This document shows, one piece after another, positions 9,842-19,808 of a stretch of DNA of 64,000 nt (position 1 is its first letter; the number at the start of each line of letters is the position of its first letter). This stretch comes from Actinomycetes bacterium (GTDB taxonomy: Bacteria; Actinomycetota; Actinomycetes; S36-B12), in the NCBI GenBank assembly GCA_024639145.1, contig JAHEIZ010000015.1, positions 26,565 to 90,564 on the forward strand. Direction: 5' to 3'. The notes under the pieces are model-generated. The model saw nothing but the letters and a program-made list of their open reading frames with translations. It did not search any database and was not told the origin of the DNA. A program made the translations under genes and the position numbers.

Positions 9842-10300
9842 ATGGGTCACGTCATCAACGATCCGATGATCGCGAAGGCGATCCTCGACAGTCACGCCAT
9901 GCGAGTCGGCACTGAGCTTGTCGACCGAACCGGCGATGTCGGCGGTGACGCGGAGGCGCTTTTCACGCTGAACGCGGTGATCCTCAGCCACGATGGCGGC
10001 GATGATCCACGCTTCGTCTACGCGAATCAGGCCGCGGCAAACCTGTGGCGAATGCCCGTCAGTGAACTCATCGGAATGCCATCGCGACTCTCGGCGCCGC
10101 CGGAGCATCGGGCGGACCGGGCTTCGATGCTCAAGGATGCCTCCGACTCAGGTGTTCTTACCGGTTACGCGGGGGAGCGCATTGCCAAGGACGGCACGCG
10201 ATTCATGATCGAGGATGCGACCCTCTGGACAGTCGATTACCCGGAGGGGCCAGGTCAGGCCGTGGTGTTCACTTCGTGGTCGAACGCCGAGTCGGAATGA
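9842..10300 (+). CDS. MEKHLA (PAS-like) domain protein
   Basis: DPRFVYANQAAANLWRMPVSELIGMPSRLSA...GERIAKDGTRFMIEDATLWTV..GQAVVF is the bacterial stand-alone MEKHLA pattern. Start is ATG 9842, or GTG 9830 sharing its first nucleotide with the argG stop codon. Confidence 0.7.
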   Translation: MGHVINDPMIAKAILDSHAMRVGTELVDRTGDVGGDAEALFTLNAVILSHDGGDDPRFVYANQAAANLWRMPVSELIGMPSRLSAPPEHRADRASMLKDASDSGVLTGYAGERIAKDGTRFMIEDATLWTVDYPEGPGQAVVFTSWSNAESE

Positions 10301-10309
10301 GCGCGTCAG

Positions 10310-12757
10310 TCACGAATGAATGCGCGCATTTGCGGGGTCATACATCGGCTTGAGCGATGCGGTGGCCGAGTGAATATTTCCGGCGACGTTGACCGTCCAT
10401 TGACCCTTGTCGAGAAACGCTTGGGTGATGGGCTCCTCGGCCTCGATCATTGCCAGGCCAACTGCCGCGCCGAGGGTGTGACCGTAGCTCGCGGCACGCG
10501 TATAGCCGAGGGGGATGCCGTTGCGTTGGACGATCTCGGCGTGGAACATCATCGGCTCGGGGTCATCGAGCTTGATCTGCACGAGTCGCTTGCGTAGCGG
10601 GCCTTCGGACTTCTTCGCTTCGACGGCTGCCTTACCGATGAAGTCGGGCTTGTCGAGAGCGACAGCGAAGCCGAGGCCGGCCTCAAGAACCGAGTCGGTG
10701 TTGTCGATGTCGTGGCCGTAGTCGCGGTAGCCCTTCTCCATGCGCAGGCTGGCCAGTGATTTCAGGCCGACATGCAACATGCCGAACTTCTGGCCTGCCT
10801 CGGTGATGCGCTCGTAGGCATGCCCGGCCATCTCTGACGGAATGTAGAGCTCGTAGCCGAGTTCGCCGAGGTAGGTGATGCGGATGCAGAGGGCTCGGGC
10901 GAAGCCGAGATCGATTTCCTTGGCCGAGCGGAAGGGGAAGGCCTCATTGCTGAGATCGGCAGTCGTGATGGATTGCAGTAGGACACGCGAGTTCGGGCCC
11001 TGGATGTTGATCTGGGCGAAGCCGCTCGTGACGTCAGCGACGAAGGTGTGCTTGCCCTCAGCAGCGCGCTTCATGCGAGTGAGCACATGGCGATGAGCGG
11101 TGTCGGAGGCCACGACGAAGAAGTGCTCGTCATCGAGCTTGGTGACCGTGAGGTCTGCCTCGAGCAGGCCCTGCTCGTTGAGCCACTGGGTATAGGTGAT
11201 GCGGCCCGAGTCGTCATTGACTCGATTGGCCGAGAGGTGATCAAGCATGCGGCCCGCATCGGCGCCCTCGACCATGAACTTGGCCATGAACGACATATCC
11301 ATCAGGCCGACGTTCTCTCGCACTGCCTTGTGCTCTGCTGCCCAGAAGTCGAACCAGTTCTCGCGACCCCAGCTGAGATTCGTCACCTCGGGCCTTAGGC
11401 CCTCAGGGGCGAACCAGTCGGCGCCCTCCCAGCCGCTCACATCGCGGAAGTAGGCACGCTGCTCGACAAGGCGATCGTGAATGGGGGAGCGCTTGACTCC
11501 ACGCGCGCTCTGCATCGAGCGGCTGGGGTAGTGAGCGGCGTAGACCATGCCGAGTGATTCGACAGTGCGTTCGGCGCGGTACTGCGGGTTCGCCTGGTAA
11601 GCCTGCAGGCGATCGATGTTGAAGCCGGTGATGTCGACATCGGGCTGGCCGGTAGTGATCCAGTGAGCCATCACGCGCCCGAGGCCGCCGCCGGTGAGGA
11701 TGCCGATGGAGTTCAGGCCTGCGGTGACGAAGTAGTTCTTGATCTCCGGTGCCTCGCCGACAACGGGAAGCAGATCAGGGGTGAACGACTCGGGGCCGCA
11801 GAAGAACTTGCGTACGCCCGTCTCGAGCGAGATCGGCACGCGAGCCATGGCCTTCTCGAGATACGGGCCCATGCGATCCCAGTCGGGCGGCAATTCGCCG
11901 AAACTGAAGTCACTCGGAATGCCGTCGATCTTCCACGGGGCGCAGACCGGCTCGAATAGGCCGATCATCAGGCCATCGCCCTCGGGGCGGTAGTAGCCGT
12001 AGGAAGCGGGGTCCTCGAAGACCGGCAGCGCTGGATCGAGTCCTTCGATGCGATCGGTGATCAGGTAGTAGTGCTCACTGGCCTGAAGTGGGATCGTGAC
12101 ACCATTGCGCTCACCGAGCTGACGCGCCCACATGCCCGCGCAGTTCACGACGTAGTCGCATTCAATGTCGCCGAATTCGGTCTCGACTCCGACTACGCGG
12201 CCATTCTTGGTCAGCACCTTGGTGGCGGCAACACCTTCGATGAGCTGCACGCCCTGCATGCGCGCGCCCTTGGCCAGCGACATCGTGACGTCGACCGGGT
12301 TGACGCGTCCGTCTTCCTTGACGTAGAAGCCAGCCTTGAGGTCATCGACTTTGGCAGGCGGAAAGAGTTCGGCAATCTCGGCGGGGGAGATTTCCTGCAC
12401 GTCGACACCGAGATGCCTATTGAATGCGGCGACTCGTCGGTATTCCTCGAGTCGATCGTCGTCGGCGGCTGCTTCGATGAAACCCACCGGCATGAAACCG
12501 GTGGCAAGGCCGGTCTCAGCCTCAAGCCTGGAGTAGAGGTCACGGCTGTACTGCCGCATTGAGGTCGAGGTCTCGGAAAGTGAGCCGTAGGTGACCATCA
12601 GGCCGGCGGCATGCCAGGTCGTGCCCGAGGTCAGGCGATCGCGCTCCAGCAGAACCGTGTCAGTCCAGCCGAGATGCCCGAGGTGATACGCAATGGACGT
12701 GCCGATGATGCCGCCACCGATGATGACGACTCGGGCGCGGGAGGGAACCGTGGCCAT
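10310..12757 (-). CDS. FAD-dependent oxidoreductase fused to GcvT-type folate-binding domain (dimethylglycine/sarcosine dehydrogenase-like)
   Basis: The DAO domain starts VVIIGGGIIGTSIAYHL, with TSGTTWHAAGL. The C-terminal ~400 aa is aminomethyltransferase-like (GLMDMSFMAKFMVEG..., LRMEKGYRDYGHD). 815 aa. Confidence 0.9.
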   Translation of the reverse strand: MATVPSRARVVIIGGGIIGTSIAYHLGHLGWTDTVLLERDRLTSGTTWHAAGLMVTYGSLSETSTSMRQYSRDLYSRLEAETGLATGFMPVGFIEAAADDDRLEEYRRVAAFNRHLGVDVQEISPAEIAELFPPAKVDDLKAGFYVKEDGRVNPVDVTMSLAKGARMQGVQLIEGVAATKVLTKNGRVVGVETEFGDIECDYVVNCAGMWARQLGERNGVTIPLQASEHYYLITDRIEGLDPALPVFEDPASYGYYRPEGDGLMIGLFEPVCAPWKIDGIPSDFSFGELPPDWDRMGPYLEKAMARVPISLETGVRKFFCGPESFTPDLLPVVGEAPEIKNYFVTAGLNSIGILTGGGLGRVMAHWITTGQPDVDITGFNIDRLQAYQANPQYRAERTVESLGMVYAAHYPSRSMQSARGVKRSPIHDRLVEQRAYFRDVSGWEGADWFAPEGLRPEVTNLSWGRENWFDFWAAEHKAVRENVGLMDMSFMAKFMVEGADAGRMLDHLSANRVNDDSGRITYTQWLNEQGLLEADLTVTKLDDEHFFVVASDTAHRHVLTRMKRAAEGKHTFVADVTSGFAQINIQGPNSRVLLQSITTADLSNEAFPFRSAKEIDLGFARALCIRITYLGELGYELYIPSEMAGHAYERITEAGQKFGMLHVGLKSLASLRMEKGYRDYGHDIDNTDSVLEAGLGFAVALDKPDFIGKAAVEAKKSEGPLRKRLVQIKLDDPEPMMFHAEIVQRNGIPLGYTRAASYGHTLGAAVGLAMIEAEEPITQAFLDKGQWTVNVAGNIHSATASLKPMYDPANARIHS

Positions 12758-12786
12758 GACGAGAGAAGGCGGTGGGGCGGACCGAG

Positions 12787-12909
12787 TTAGTCCTTCCAGC
12801 CCTTCTGGTCTTCCTGCTCCTCGACGGAGGTGTTGAAGAACTTCACGCCGAGGGCGATGGCGCCAATGGTCAGTGCGACGATCACGACAATGGTGATGAT
12901 GACGCTCAT
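12787..12909 (-). CDS. Unlisted 40-aa single-pass membrane micro-protein
   Basis: ATG 12909 is preceded by AAGGAGA at ideal spacing. The product is MSVIITIVVIVALTIGAIALGVKFFNTSVEEQEDQKGWKD: one TM helix plus an acidic tail. It ends 30 nt before the DMGDH-like start. It is below the ORF-track length cutoff. Confidence 0.5.
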   Translation of the reverse strand: MSVIITIVVIVALTIGAIALGVKFFNTSVEEQEDQKGWKD

Positions 12910-13029
12910 GGTTCTCCTTGTCGGACGTGCGGTGGGTGGAGCCTTCGTTGCGCCCAGACTACTGGTTCATTCGACCGGGAATCCCTGCGGGACGACTGCT
13001 ATCTTCGCCGCCACGGATAGGAGACCGAG

Positions 13030-14001
13030 ATGACTCAGGCAGCGACCGGCGTACCCCTCATTGACGTGAGCCCCTGGTTCGAGGGCACCGACGCAGATCG
13101 TGCCGCGCTGGCCGCAGAGATCGATGCCGCCCTCTCGCGGGTGGGCTTCCTCGTGGTCACCGGGCACGGCATCCCGCCGGCGCTCGTCGAGTCCGTCCGT
13201 GCCCGAGGGCGCGAGTTCTTCGCCCTCGAGTCTTCGGTCAAGCAGCGGTACTCAAGCGCGGTCGGCGGTCGCGGCTGGCTGGCCATCGGAGCCGAGGCGA
13301 ACGGATACTCCGAGGGCACCGAGACACCGCCGGACCTGAAGGAGTCGTTCATCGTCGGCGCCGAAGGGCCAGCGCCCGAGGGTCCTGATGCCGCCTGGTA
13401 CCTCGACAATGTCTGGCCGTCCGAGACACCCGAACTCCAGCCCGTGCTCGAGGAGTACCTCGTGCGCATGAAGGAACTCGCAGATGCCCTGCTCGCTTTG
13501 TGCGCCCAGGCCCTCGGTCAGCCTCGCGACTACTTCGCGCAGGCGTGCACGAACCCCTCGTGGTCGTATCAGTACAACTGGTATCCGTCGATGGCATTTA
13601 CCGGCACTCCTGCCGAGGGTCAGTACCGCATCGGTCCGCACACTGACTTCGGCACCTTGACCTTGCTCCACCGCCAGCCCGGTGACGGCGGCCTGCAGAT
13701 CGACATCGAAGGCGAGGGCTGGGTCGATGCCCCGCACATCCCCGGCGCGCTAGTCGTCAACACCGGGGATCTACTCGCTCGCTGGACGGGGGAGCGCTGG
13801 AAGTCGAATCGACATCGTGTGCTTCCGCCGCAGGACTCCTCTCCGGATGAAGAGCTGATGAGTCTCGTCTACTTCTACGAGGCAGATCCGCAGGTGATGG
13901 TCGAGCCCTTCGCTCCGCCGATCGGCAAGCGCTCGGATCTGCCGTCCGTTCGCGCCGGTGATTTCATTCGCGAGAGGTACGACGCCATCACCATGTCGTG
14001 A
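13030..14001 (+). CDS. 2-oxoglutarate/Fe(II)-dependent oxygenase (isopenicillin N synthase family)
   Basis: N-terminal non-haem dioxygenase region (IDVSPWFEG...) and a catalytic IGPHTDFGTLTLL...NRHRV (HxD...H...R) facial triad. Confidence 0.85.
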   Translation: MTQAATGVPLIDVSPWFEGTDADRAALAAEIDAALSRVGFLVVTGHGIPPALVESVRARGREFFALESSVKQRYSSAVGGRGWLAIGAEANGYSEGTETPPDLKESFIVGAEGPAPEGPDAAWYLDNVWPSETPELQPVLEEYLVRMKELADALLALCAQALGQPRDYFAQACTNPSWSYQYNWYPSMAFTGTPAEGQYRIGPHTDFGTLTLLHRQPGDGGLQIDIEGEGWVDAPHIPGALVVNTGDLLARWTGERWKSNRHRVLPPQDSSPDEELMSLVYFYEADPQVMVEPFAPPIGKRSDLPSVRAGDFIRERYDAITMS

Positions 14002-14221
14002 TGATCGCCCGCGCCGTGGGTGAGCGATTACCGGTCAGTAAGTTTCCCGAACGCAGGGCTCATCACGTGTGACTCGAGGGACCAGCGGGAGCAATGTGGT
14101 GGCACGGTGAAGTGTTTACGTGTCTGAAACGCGAATTGGCCGAACACTCCTGACAAATCCCTAACATTCAGTTCACCCGCAGTTCCCCTCTGCATCCCCC
14201 GAGCATTGAAGGGCAGGACAG

Positions 14222-15637
14222 ATGTCATCCAGTTCCCCTGACTCCGTAGTCGCCGAAGTACGTGAAGGCACATACGGATCCAAGGTCGTGGCAGTTGAGC
14301 CCGGCGGTGCGGAGTTCATCCCGCTGTCCGAGCGTCATGGCAAGCCCTGGGGCCTCTTCGGCACCTGGATGTCGCCAAACCTCGAGTTCGCTACGGTCTT
14401 CGTGGGCGTCATTGCCGTCCTGTTCTTCCAGCTCACCGTGTGGCAGGCCATTGCTGCCCTCGTCCTGGGCAACGTCCTCGGCTCGATCTCGCATGGCGTA
14501 CTGAGCGCGCGCGGTCCGCTGTTCGGCGTGCCACAGATGGTGCTCTCGCGCATCCCCTTCGGCTACCGCGGCAACATCCTGCCAGCCGGTCTCAATGCGA
14601 TCATCGCAACCGTCGGCTGGTTCGCGGTCAACAGCGTCTCGGGTGCACTCGCCCTTGCCGCGCTGACCGGAATGGATGCCAAGCTCGCTGTCGTCATCGT
14701 CATCGTGATCCAGCTACTGCTCGGATTCTTCGGCCACAACCTGCTGCAGCGCTTCGAGCGGGTTGTCTTCCCGTTCCTCGCCGCCGCATTCATCCTGGCC
14801 GCATTCTGGGTCGTGCCGAATGCGGACACCAGTGCGGCACAGGGTGGCGGCGGCCTCGGCGGCTTCCTGATCGTCCTGGGTGCCTCCTTCGGCTACGCGG
14901 CCGGCTGGAACCCGTATGCCTCCGACTACACCCGTTACCTCTCGCCGACCGTCAATCGACGCGCGGTGGGCTGGGCAGCAGGTCTCGGTGTGTTCGTCTC
15001 CTGCTCGGCACTCGAGATCCTCGGCGTTCTGTCAGCAACGATCGCCTCGGGTGATGCACCTACCGGCCCCGCGGCCTTCGCGGCGGGCATGCCCTCGCTC
15101 ATCGGCAAGCTCGTCCTCCTCGCGATCTTCGTCGGCGCGGTGTCGGCCAATGGCATCAACGTGTACTCGGGTGGCATGTCATTCCTGACCATGGGCTTTA
15201 ACATCCCGGGCCACCTGCGTCGTGCGATCGTCGCAGTTGTCGCAGGCGTCGTCGGTGGCATCATCGCCTTCTACGGTCTCGACAACATCGGCGAGTACGA
15301 GAACTTCCTCCTGATCATCGCCTACTGGGTCGGGCCGTGGCTGGGTGTCGTCTTCGCTGACTGGCTCCTGCGCCGCAATCACCGCATTGACGGCTTCCTC
15401 TTCGACAAGAAGCACAATCCGTGGGCGGGCTGGCTCGCCATGCTCATCGCGGTCGTCGTCTCGATCTGGCTCTTCTCGAACCAGGTCAAGTACGTCGGCG
15501 TGTTCCCCTCGATGAACTCTTCCTGGGGAGACTTCACGGCAGAGGCCGGCTTCGTCATTGCCTTCGTTCTCTACTGGATCTTCTTCAAGCTCCAGAAGGA
15601 CAAGACCGACGAGATCCTGGTCATCCCGAACGCATAA
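14222..15637 (+). CDS. NCS1 family nucleobase/cation permease (cytosine/purine/hydantoin-type)
   Basis: About 12 TM helices. The N-terminal IPLSERHGKPWGLFGTWMSPNLEF is typical of CodB-like NCS1 permeases. Confidence 0.8.
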   Translation: MSSSSPDSVVAEVREGTYGSKVVAVEPGGAEFIPLSERHGKPWGLFGTWMSPNLEFATVFVGVIAVLFFQLTVWQAIAALVLGNVLGSISHGVLSARGPLFGVPQMVLSRIPFGYRGNILPAGLNAIIATVGWFAVNSVSGALALAALTGMDAKLAVVIVIVIQLLLGFFGHNLLQRFERVVFPFLAAAFILAAFWVVPNADTSAAQGGGGLGGFLIVLGASFGYAAGWNPYASDYTRYLSPTVNRRAVGWAAGLGVFVSCSALEILGVLSATIASGDAPTGPAAFAAGMPSLIGKLVLLAIFVGAVSANGINVYSGGMSFLTMGFNIPGHLRRAIVAVVAGVVGGIIAFYGLDNIGEYENFLLIIAYWVGPWLGVVFADWLLRRNHRIDGFLFDKKHNPWAGWLAMLIAVVVSIWLFSNQVKYVGVFPSMNSSWGDFTAEAGFVIAFVLYWIFFKLQKDKTDEILVIPNA

Positions 15638-15646
15638 CTCACTCCA

Positions 15647-15684
15647 CGAAGAAGGCCTGTCCCATGAGGGGCAGGCCTTCTTCG
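15647..15684. terminator. Bidirectional hairpin terminator
   Basis: CGAAGAAGGCCTGTCCC-atga-GGGGCAGGCCTTCTTCG lies between the convergent permease and amidohydrolase genes. Confidence 0.7.
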
Positions 15685-15700
15685 TGGAACGGGAGGCTTG

Positions 15701-16981
15701 TTACGGCCGCAGGAAGTTCACGTCGCGGCTGGTGCCGTTGATGGTGAGAGTGGTCTGTGCCGGCACGGTTCGCGAGAGCACCTGGCCATCGCGCATCACG
15801 AGATAACGCGGAGAGATGCGACGCAGGGCATCCTCGGCACTCGGTGCATCGAAGACCACCAGGCTGGCCGGTCCGCCGACGCGCACGCCTGCGGAGTCGA
15901 CTCCGAGTGCCTTCGCCGGGTTGGTCGAGATCATCTCCAGCAGGTAGGGCAGTTCAGTGGCACCGCTCATATGCCCGTAGTGGGCGAGCATGAAGGCCGC
16001 CTGCAGCGGATCCCCGTAACCCAGTGGATACCAGGGATCCATGACCGAGTCATGGCCGATGGCAACGTTCACGCCGGCCTTGAGCAATTCCTTCACGCGC
16101 GTGTGACCACGGCGGATCGGACCGATGTCGAATCTGCCCTGAAGAACCGAGTTGTCGAGCGGGTTGGTGATCATGTTCAGGCCCGCACGCTTGATGTTCG
16201 TGATGAGTCGGCCGGCGTAGGCGGCGTTGTACGATCCCATGGCCGTGGTGTGGCTTGCGGTCACCTTTCCGGTCATGCCGCGCTTGATGGTCTCGGCCGC
16301 CATGACTTCGACGAAACGCGCATGATCATCGTCGGTCTCATCGCAGTGAATATCGATCATCGAGTCGAATTCCTGGGCGAGATCGAAGACGAACTGCACG
16401 GAGTTCACGCCATCCTCACGGGTGAGTTCGAAGTGGGGAATGCCGCCGACGACGTCAGCGCCTTCGACCATGGCTTGGCGCATCAGGCCGGTGCCGTTCT
16501 CGAAGCCGTAGATGCCCTGCTGCGGGAAGGCAACGATCTGCAGATCGATGATGCCCGCGAGTTCCTCGCGCACGGCGATGAGCCCGTGGAGGGCGCGCAA
16601 TTCAGGATCGCAGACATCCGCGTGACTACGCACGTGCTGCACGCCGCACGCGATCTGCCACATCATGACCTCGCGCGAGCGCTCGATGACGTCGTCGACA
16701 GTCAGCGACTTCACGCGCTCGCCCCAGACGGCGATGCCCTCGAACAGCGAGCCGGACTCATTGGCTCGCGGCTGGCCGACGGTCAGCACGGCATCGAGAT
16801 GAATATGCGGCTCGACCAATGGCGGTGTCACCAGGCGGCCCTCGAGATCGGTCACCGTGGCGTCGGCGGGGGCAATGCCCTTGCCGGCCGGGTCGATCGA
16901 CGTGATCACGCCGCCGACGATGGAAATATCGACCGGTGCGGTCATATTCATGACAAGCGCATTGCGCAGGAGGTGGTTCAT
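15701..16981 (-). CDS. Amidohydrolase, cytosine deaminase / AtzC-like
   Basis: Metal-binding HIHLD near the N-terminus, IHCDET, ASHTTA and AIGHDSVMDPWYPLG, as in CodA-type deaminases. Confidence 0.85.
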   Translation of the reverse strand: MNHLLRNALVMNMTAPVDISIVGGVITSIDPAGKGIAPADATVTDLEGRLVTPPLVEPHIHLDAVLTVGQPRANESGSLFEGIAVWGERVKSLTVDDVIERSREVMMWQIACGVQHVRSHADVCDPELRALHGLIAVREELAGIIDLQIVAFPQQGIYGFENGTGLMRQAMVEGADVVGGIPHFELTREDGVNSVQFVFDLAQEFDSMIDIHCDETDDDHARFVEVMAAETIKRGMTGKVTASHTTAMGSYNAAYAGRLITNIKRAGLNMITNPLDNSVLQGRFDIGPIRRGHTRVKELLKAGVNVAIGHDSVMDPWYPLGYGDPLQAAFMLAHYGHMSGATELPYLLEMISTNPAKALGVDSAGVRVGGPASLVVFDAPSAEDALRRISPRYLVMRDGQVLSRTVPAQTTLTINGTSRDVNFLRP

Positions 16982-16990
16982 CGGTTCCCC

Positions 16991-18268
16991 TTAGAGAGAG
17001 CGGTGACTGTCGAGGATGGTGCGCAGCATGACTCCGCTGCGATCCGAGCGCACATGCGCCTCATCGGAGGGAGTGAGGGGCAGGCCCGGAACGCTCATCG
17101 CGCGCTGAAGCACGAGATCCTCGCCGAGCACCGCAACCTCGAAGTCGACTTCGTTCTTGACGACGTCGGGTCCGGGCGTGATCACGCCGCCGATGTTGTG
17201 CAGCAGCATCTTCGTATAGATACGGGTGGAGCCGGCATCCTCGGGCTGGAGCCAGAACAGGATCGTCTTGATCGCACCTGCATCAAGCTCCTCGAGTCGA
17301 AGAGTGAGCTGGAACGGCCAGCGGTAGGTATAGGTGGCACGTCGACGCTGACGCTCCGGGCGAATACCGGCGATGACGCCGGGATCCTCAGGATTGTCGA
17401 ACCACTGCTCTTGCACGCTGCTCAGGCCACCGCCATCGGCATGAATATCGACGTCGTAACGAGGAACGATCGGCTCCTCCGCAGCACCGAAGGTACCGAA
17501 GTGCACGAACGGGAAGTGCGCGACATCGAGGAAGTTCTCGGCAAGCACCGCTGCAGGCGAGCCGCCGACATCAGGCACGAGCCAGCCCTGGGCAAAGAGC
17601 GGATTCGCGTCGTCATCGTCTTCGATCAAGTCGCGCACGGGCTCCTGAGGCGCGATCCAGACGGTGCCGAAGCGCTCAGTTACGGCGAAGGGGTGGCCGG
17701 TCGACTGATACCCCTCGCCCTGACGGCTGATCGTGTAGTCACGGCCGAGTAGTCGAGCGGTGTAGGTGCCGCCATCAGGAATCTCGTTCGTGAGAGCCAC
17801 GGCATGCCAACCACGCTCGAGCGAGGGATCGAGGTTGGTGAGTGAATTGGTCTCGCCGCGGGTATCGGGAGCAAGTGGCGCCGTGCCGGGCTCGACCGGT
17901 GCAATCCACACCATGCCGTCGTCCTCGCGCACGCCCCACGGGGTAAGTACCTTGGCGAAACTGGGAATCGCCTGGTCGGGGCCATTGGACGGAATGAGAG
18001 TGCATGTGCCGGTGCCGGTGAAGCGCCAGCCGTGATACGGGCACTGGAGGTCGCCGTCGACAACCTTGCCGTGACTGAGCTTGGCCAGGCGATGCGGGCA
18101 TCGTGCCTCGACTACGGCGACGGGAGCGCCTGCGGTCGGTCGGAAGAGTGCCCAGTCGCGACCCGCAACGGTGACCTCGCGGGGGATAGCCGTGATCTCC
18201 TCACTGGCGGCCACCGGCCACCATCCCTCGACTGCTTCAGACTGGGCTATGCCCGTTGCCGTGCTCAT
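16991..18268 (-). CDS. Rieske [2Fe-2S] non-haem iron oxygenase (VanA/GbcA/CntA-like, single-subunit type)
   Basis: CPHRLAKLSHG...CPYHGWRF Rieske motif. The start was placed at ATG 18268 (MSTATG), preceded by AAGGAGG. The C-terminal domain contains NFLDVAHFPFVH. Confidence 0.85.
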   Translation of the reverse strand: MSTATGIAQSEAVEGWWPVAASEEITAIPREVTVAGRDWALFRPTAGAPVAVVEARCPHRLAKLSHGKVVDGDLQCPYHGWRFTGTGTCTLIPSNGPDQAIPSFAKVLTPWGVREDDGMVWIAPVEPGTAPLAPDTRGETNSLTNLDPSLERGWHAVALTNEIPDGGTYTARLLGRDYTISRQGEGYQSTGHPFAVTERFGTVWIAPQEPVRDLIEDDDDANPLFAQGWLVPDVGGSPAAVLAENFLDVAHFPFVHFGTFGAAEEPIVPRYDVDIHADGGGLSSVQEQWFDNPEDPGVIAGIRPERQRRRATYTYRWPFQLTLRLEELDAGAIKTILFWLQPEDAGSTRIYTKMLLHNIGGVITPGPDVVKNEVDFEVAVLGEDLVLQRAMSVPGLPLTPSDEAHVRSDRSGVMLRTILDSHRSL

Positions 18269-18335
18269 CGCACCTCCTTGAGGGGCCAAGTCTGCCGCCC
18301 CGATGTGTCGAAGGCGTATCGAAGGGGTGAATTCG

Positions 18336-19799
18336 TCAGGCCGGGCGGAAGGAATCGTGCTCGGGCGGCTGCTCGTGCTTGATCATGACGTGCCGGGTGA
18401 CCGTGTATTCGAGCAGTGCTTCGTGGCTCATGTCCTTGCCGAAGCCACTTGCCTTGACCCCGCCATGCGGGGCCTCGGAGGCGATGGGCAGGTGATCGTT
18501 GATCCAGGTCACCCCGTATTCGAGCTGGTGCGCGATGCGAAGACTGCGAGCTGTATCCGTCGTCCAGATGGAGCTGGCGAGGCCGTAACGGCAGTCATTG
18601 GCCAGCGCAACGGCCTCTGACTCATCAGTGAAGGGCAGCACGACCAGCACGGGTCCGAAGACTTCGTCTTGCACGATCTCGCTGCTCTGCGCAGCACCAG
18701 TAATCAGTGTCGGCGGGTAGTAATTGCCTGGCCCTTCCGGCACGGTTCCTCCGGTGCGAATTTCGGCCCCGCTTGCGGCAGCGCGCGTCACGAAGCCGTG
18801 CACGTGCTCGCGATGAGCAGCCGAGATGAGCGGACCGATGTCGGAGGTCGTATCCATGGGATCTCCAACGTGTACCGATTCCATGGTGGTGCGCAGCGCC
18901 TCGACTACCTGGTCGAACACCTCGGCCTGGGCGTACACCCGAGTGGCTGCTGTGCAGTCTTGACCCGAGTTGTAGGTCGCGCCCAGGGTGATGGCGCGTG
19001 CCCCGTGCGCGATGTCGGCATCGGCGAACACGAGCGCGGGTGCCTTGCCACCGAGCTCGAGATGTACCCGAGTGAAGCTGTCGGCTGCCGCGGTCATCAC
19101 ATTCTTGCCCGTGCGACTCGAGCCAGTGACCGACACCATCTGCACACGGGGATCGCGTACCAGTGCCTCACCGACATCGGCACCGCCGGTGACTACGTTG
19201 AAGACTCCGGGCGGCATGCCGGCCTCGATGGCGAGCTCGGCGAGACGCAGGGTCGAGCCGGGCGTGAGCGGTGCGGGCTTGATGATGATCGTGTTGCCGG
19301 CGGCGAGAGCTGGGCCGAACTTCCAGATGGCCATGATCATCGGGAAGTTCCACGGCGTGATCGCACCCACCACGCCAATCGGACGTCGCACGAGCATTGA
19401 CGTGTAACCGGAGCTCAGCACTCCTGCGCCTGAGCCCTCCAATGATCGAGCTGCGCCGGCGAAGAACCGAAGATTGTCGGTGCCGAACGGGAGCTCGCCA
19501 TCAGCGAAGACAGACCACGGCTTTCCGGTCTCCTCCACCTCGAGACGCGTCAGAACCTCGGTGTCACCATCGATGAGGTCGGCGAGACGCAGAAGGATTC
19601 GGGCGCGATCGCCGCCAGTGCGCCTAGACCATTCCCCAAAGGCTGCCTGGGCAGCCTTCGCGGCTGAATCCACATCAGCCGGTGAGCCCTGTGAGATCAC
19701 GGCGGACTCTGCACCCGTCGCTGGATTCACCAGGCTGATGGGTGCTCCCGTACCGGGTCGGCTCGAGCCGTCGATGAATACGCCGTCGTGCGTTGCCAT
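18336..19799 (-). CDS. NAD(P)-dependent aldehyde dehydrogenase (aminobutyraldehyde dehydrogenase-like)
   Basis: ITPWNFP, VHLELGGKAP and GQDCTAATR catalytic Glu/Cys motifs. Confidence 0.9.
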   Translation of the reverse strand: MATHDGVFIDGSSRPGTGAPISLVNPATGAESAVISQGSPADVDSAAKAAQAAFGEWSRRTGGDRARILLRLADLIDGDTEVLTRLEVEETGKPWSVFADGELPFGTDNLRFFAGAARSLEGSGAGVLSSGYTSMLVRRPIGVVGAITPWNFPMIMAIWKFGPALAAGNTIIIKPAPLTPGSTLRLAELAIEAGMPPGVFNVVTGGADVGEALVRDPRVQMVSVTGSSRTGKNVMTAAADSFTRVHLELGGKAPALVFADADIAHGARAITLGATYNSGQDCTAATRVYAQAEVFDQVVEALRTTMESVHVGDPMDTTSDIGPLISAAHREHVHGFVTRAAASGAEIRTGGTVPEGPGNYYPPTLITGAAQSSEIVQDEVFGPVLVVLPFTDESEAVALANDCRYGLASSIWTTDTARSLRIAHQLEYGVTWINDHLPIASEAPHGGVKASGFGKDMSHEALLEYTVTRHVMIKHEQPPEHDSFRPA

Positions 19800-19808
19800 G
19801 GGCCCTCG

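Noticed and set aside
14002-14221. Possible riboswitch in the 220-nt lower-GC leader of the NCS1 permease
   Set aside because: I compared it by eye with the purine, TPP, guanidine-I (ykkC) and cobalamin core motifs and found none of the conserved cores. It is more likely an ordinary promoter/operator region. A covariance-model scan would be needed to be sure.
15698-17752. 684-aa plus-strand ORF, the longest single ORF in this part of the window
   Set aside because: It runs antisense across two well-supported minus-strand genes, the CodA-like amidohydrolase and the Rieske oxygenase, both with clear catalytic motifs. Its own translation is Arg/Gly/Ala/His-rich with no recognisable motif. This is the typical high-GC antisense artefact.
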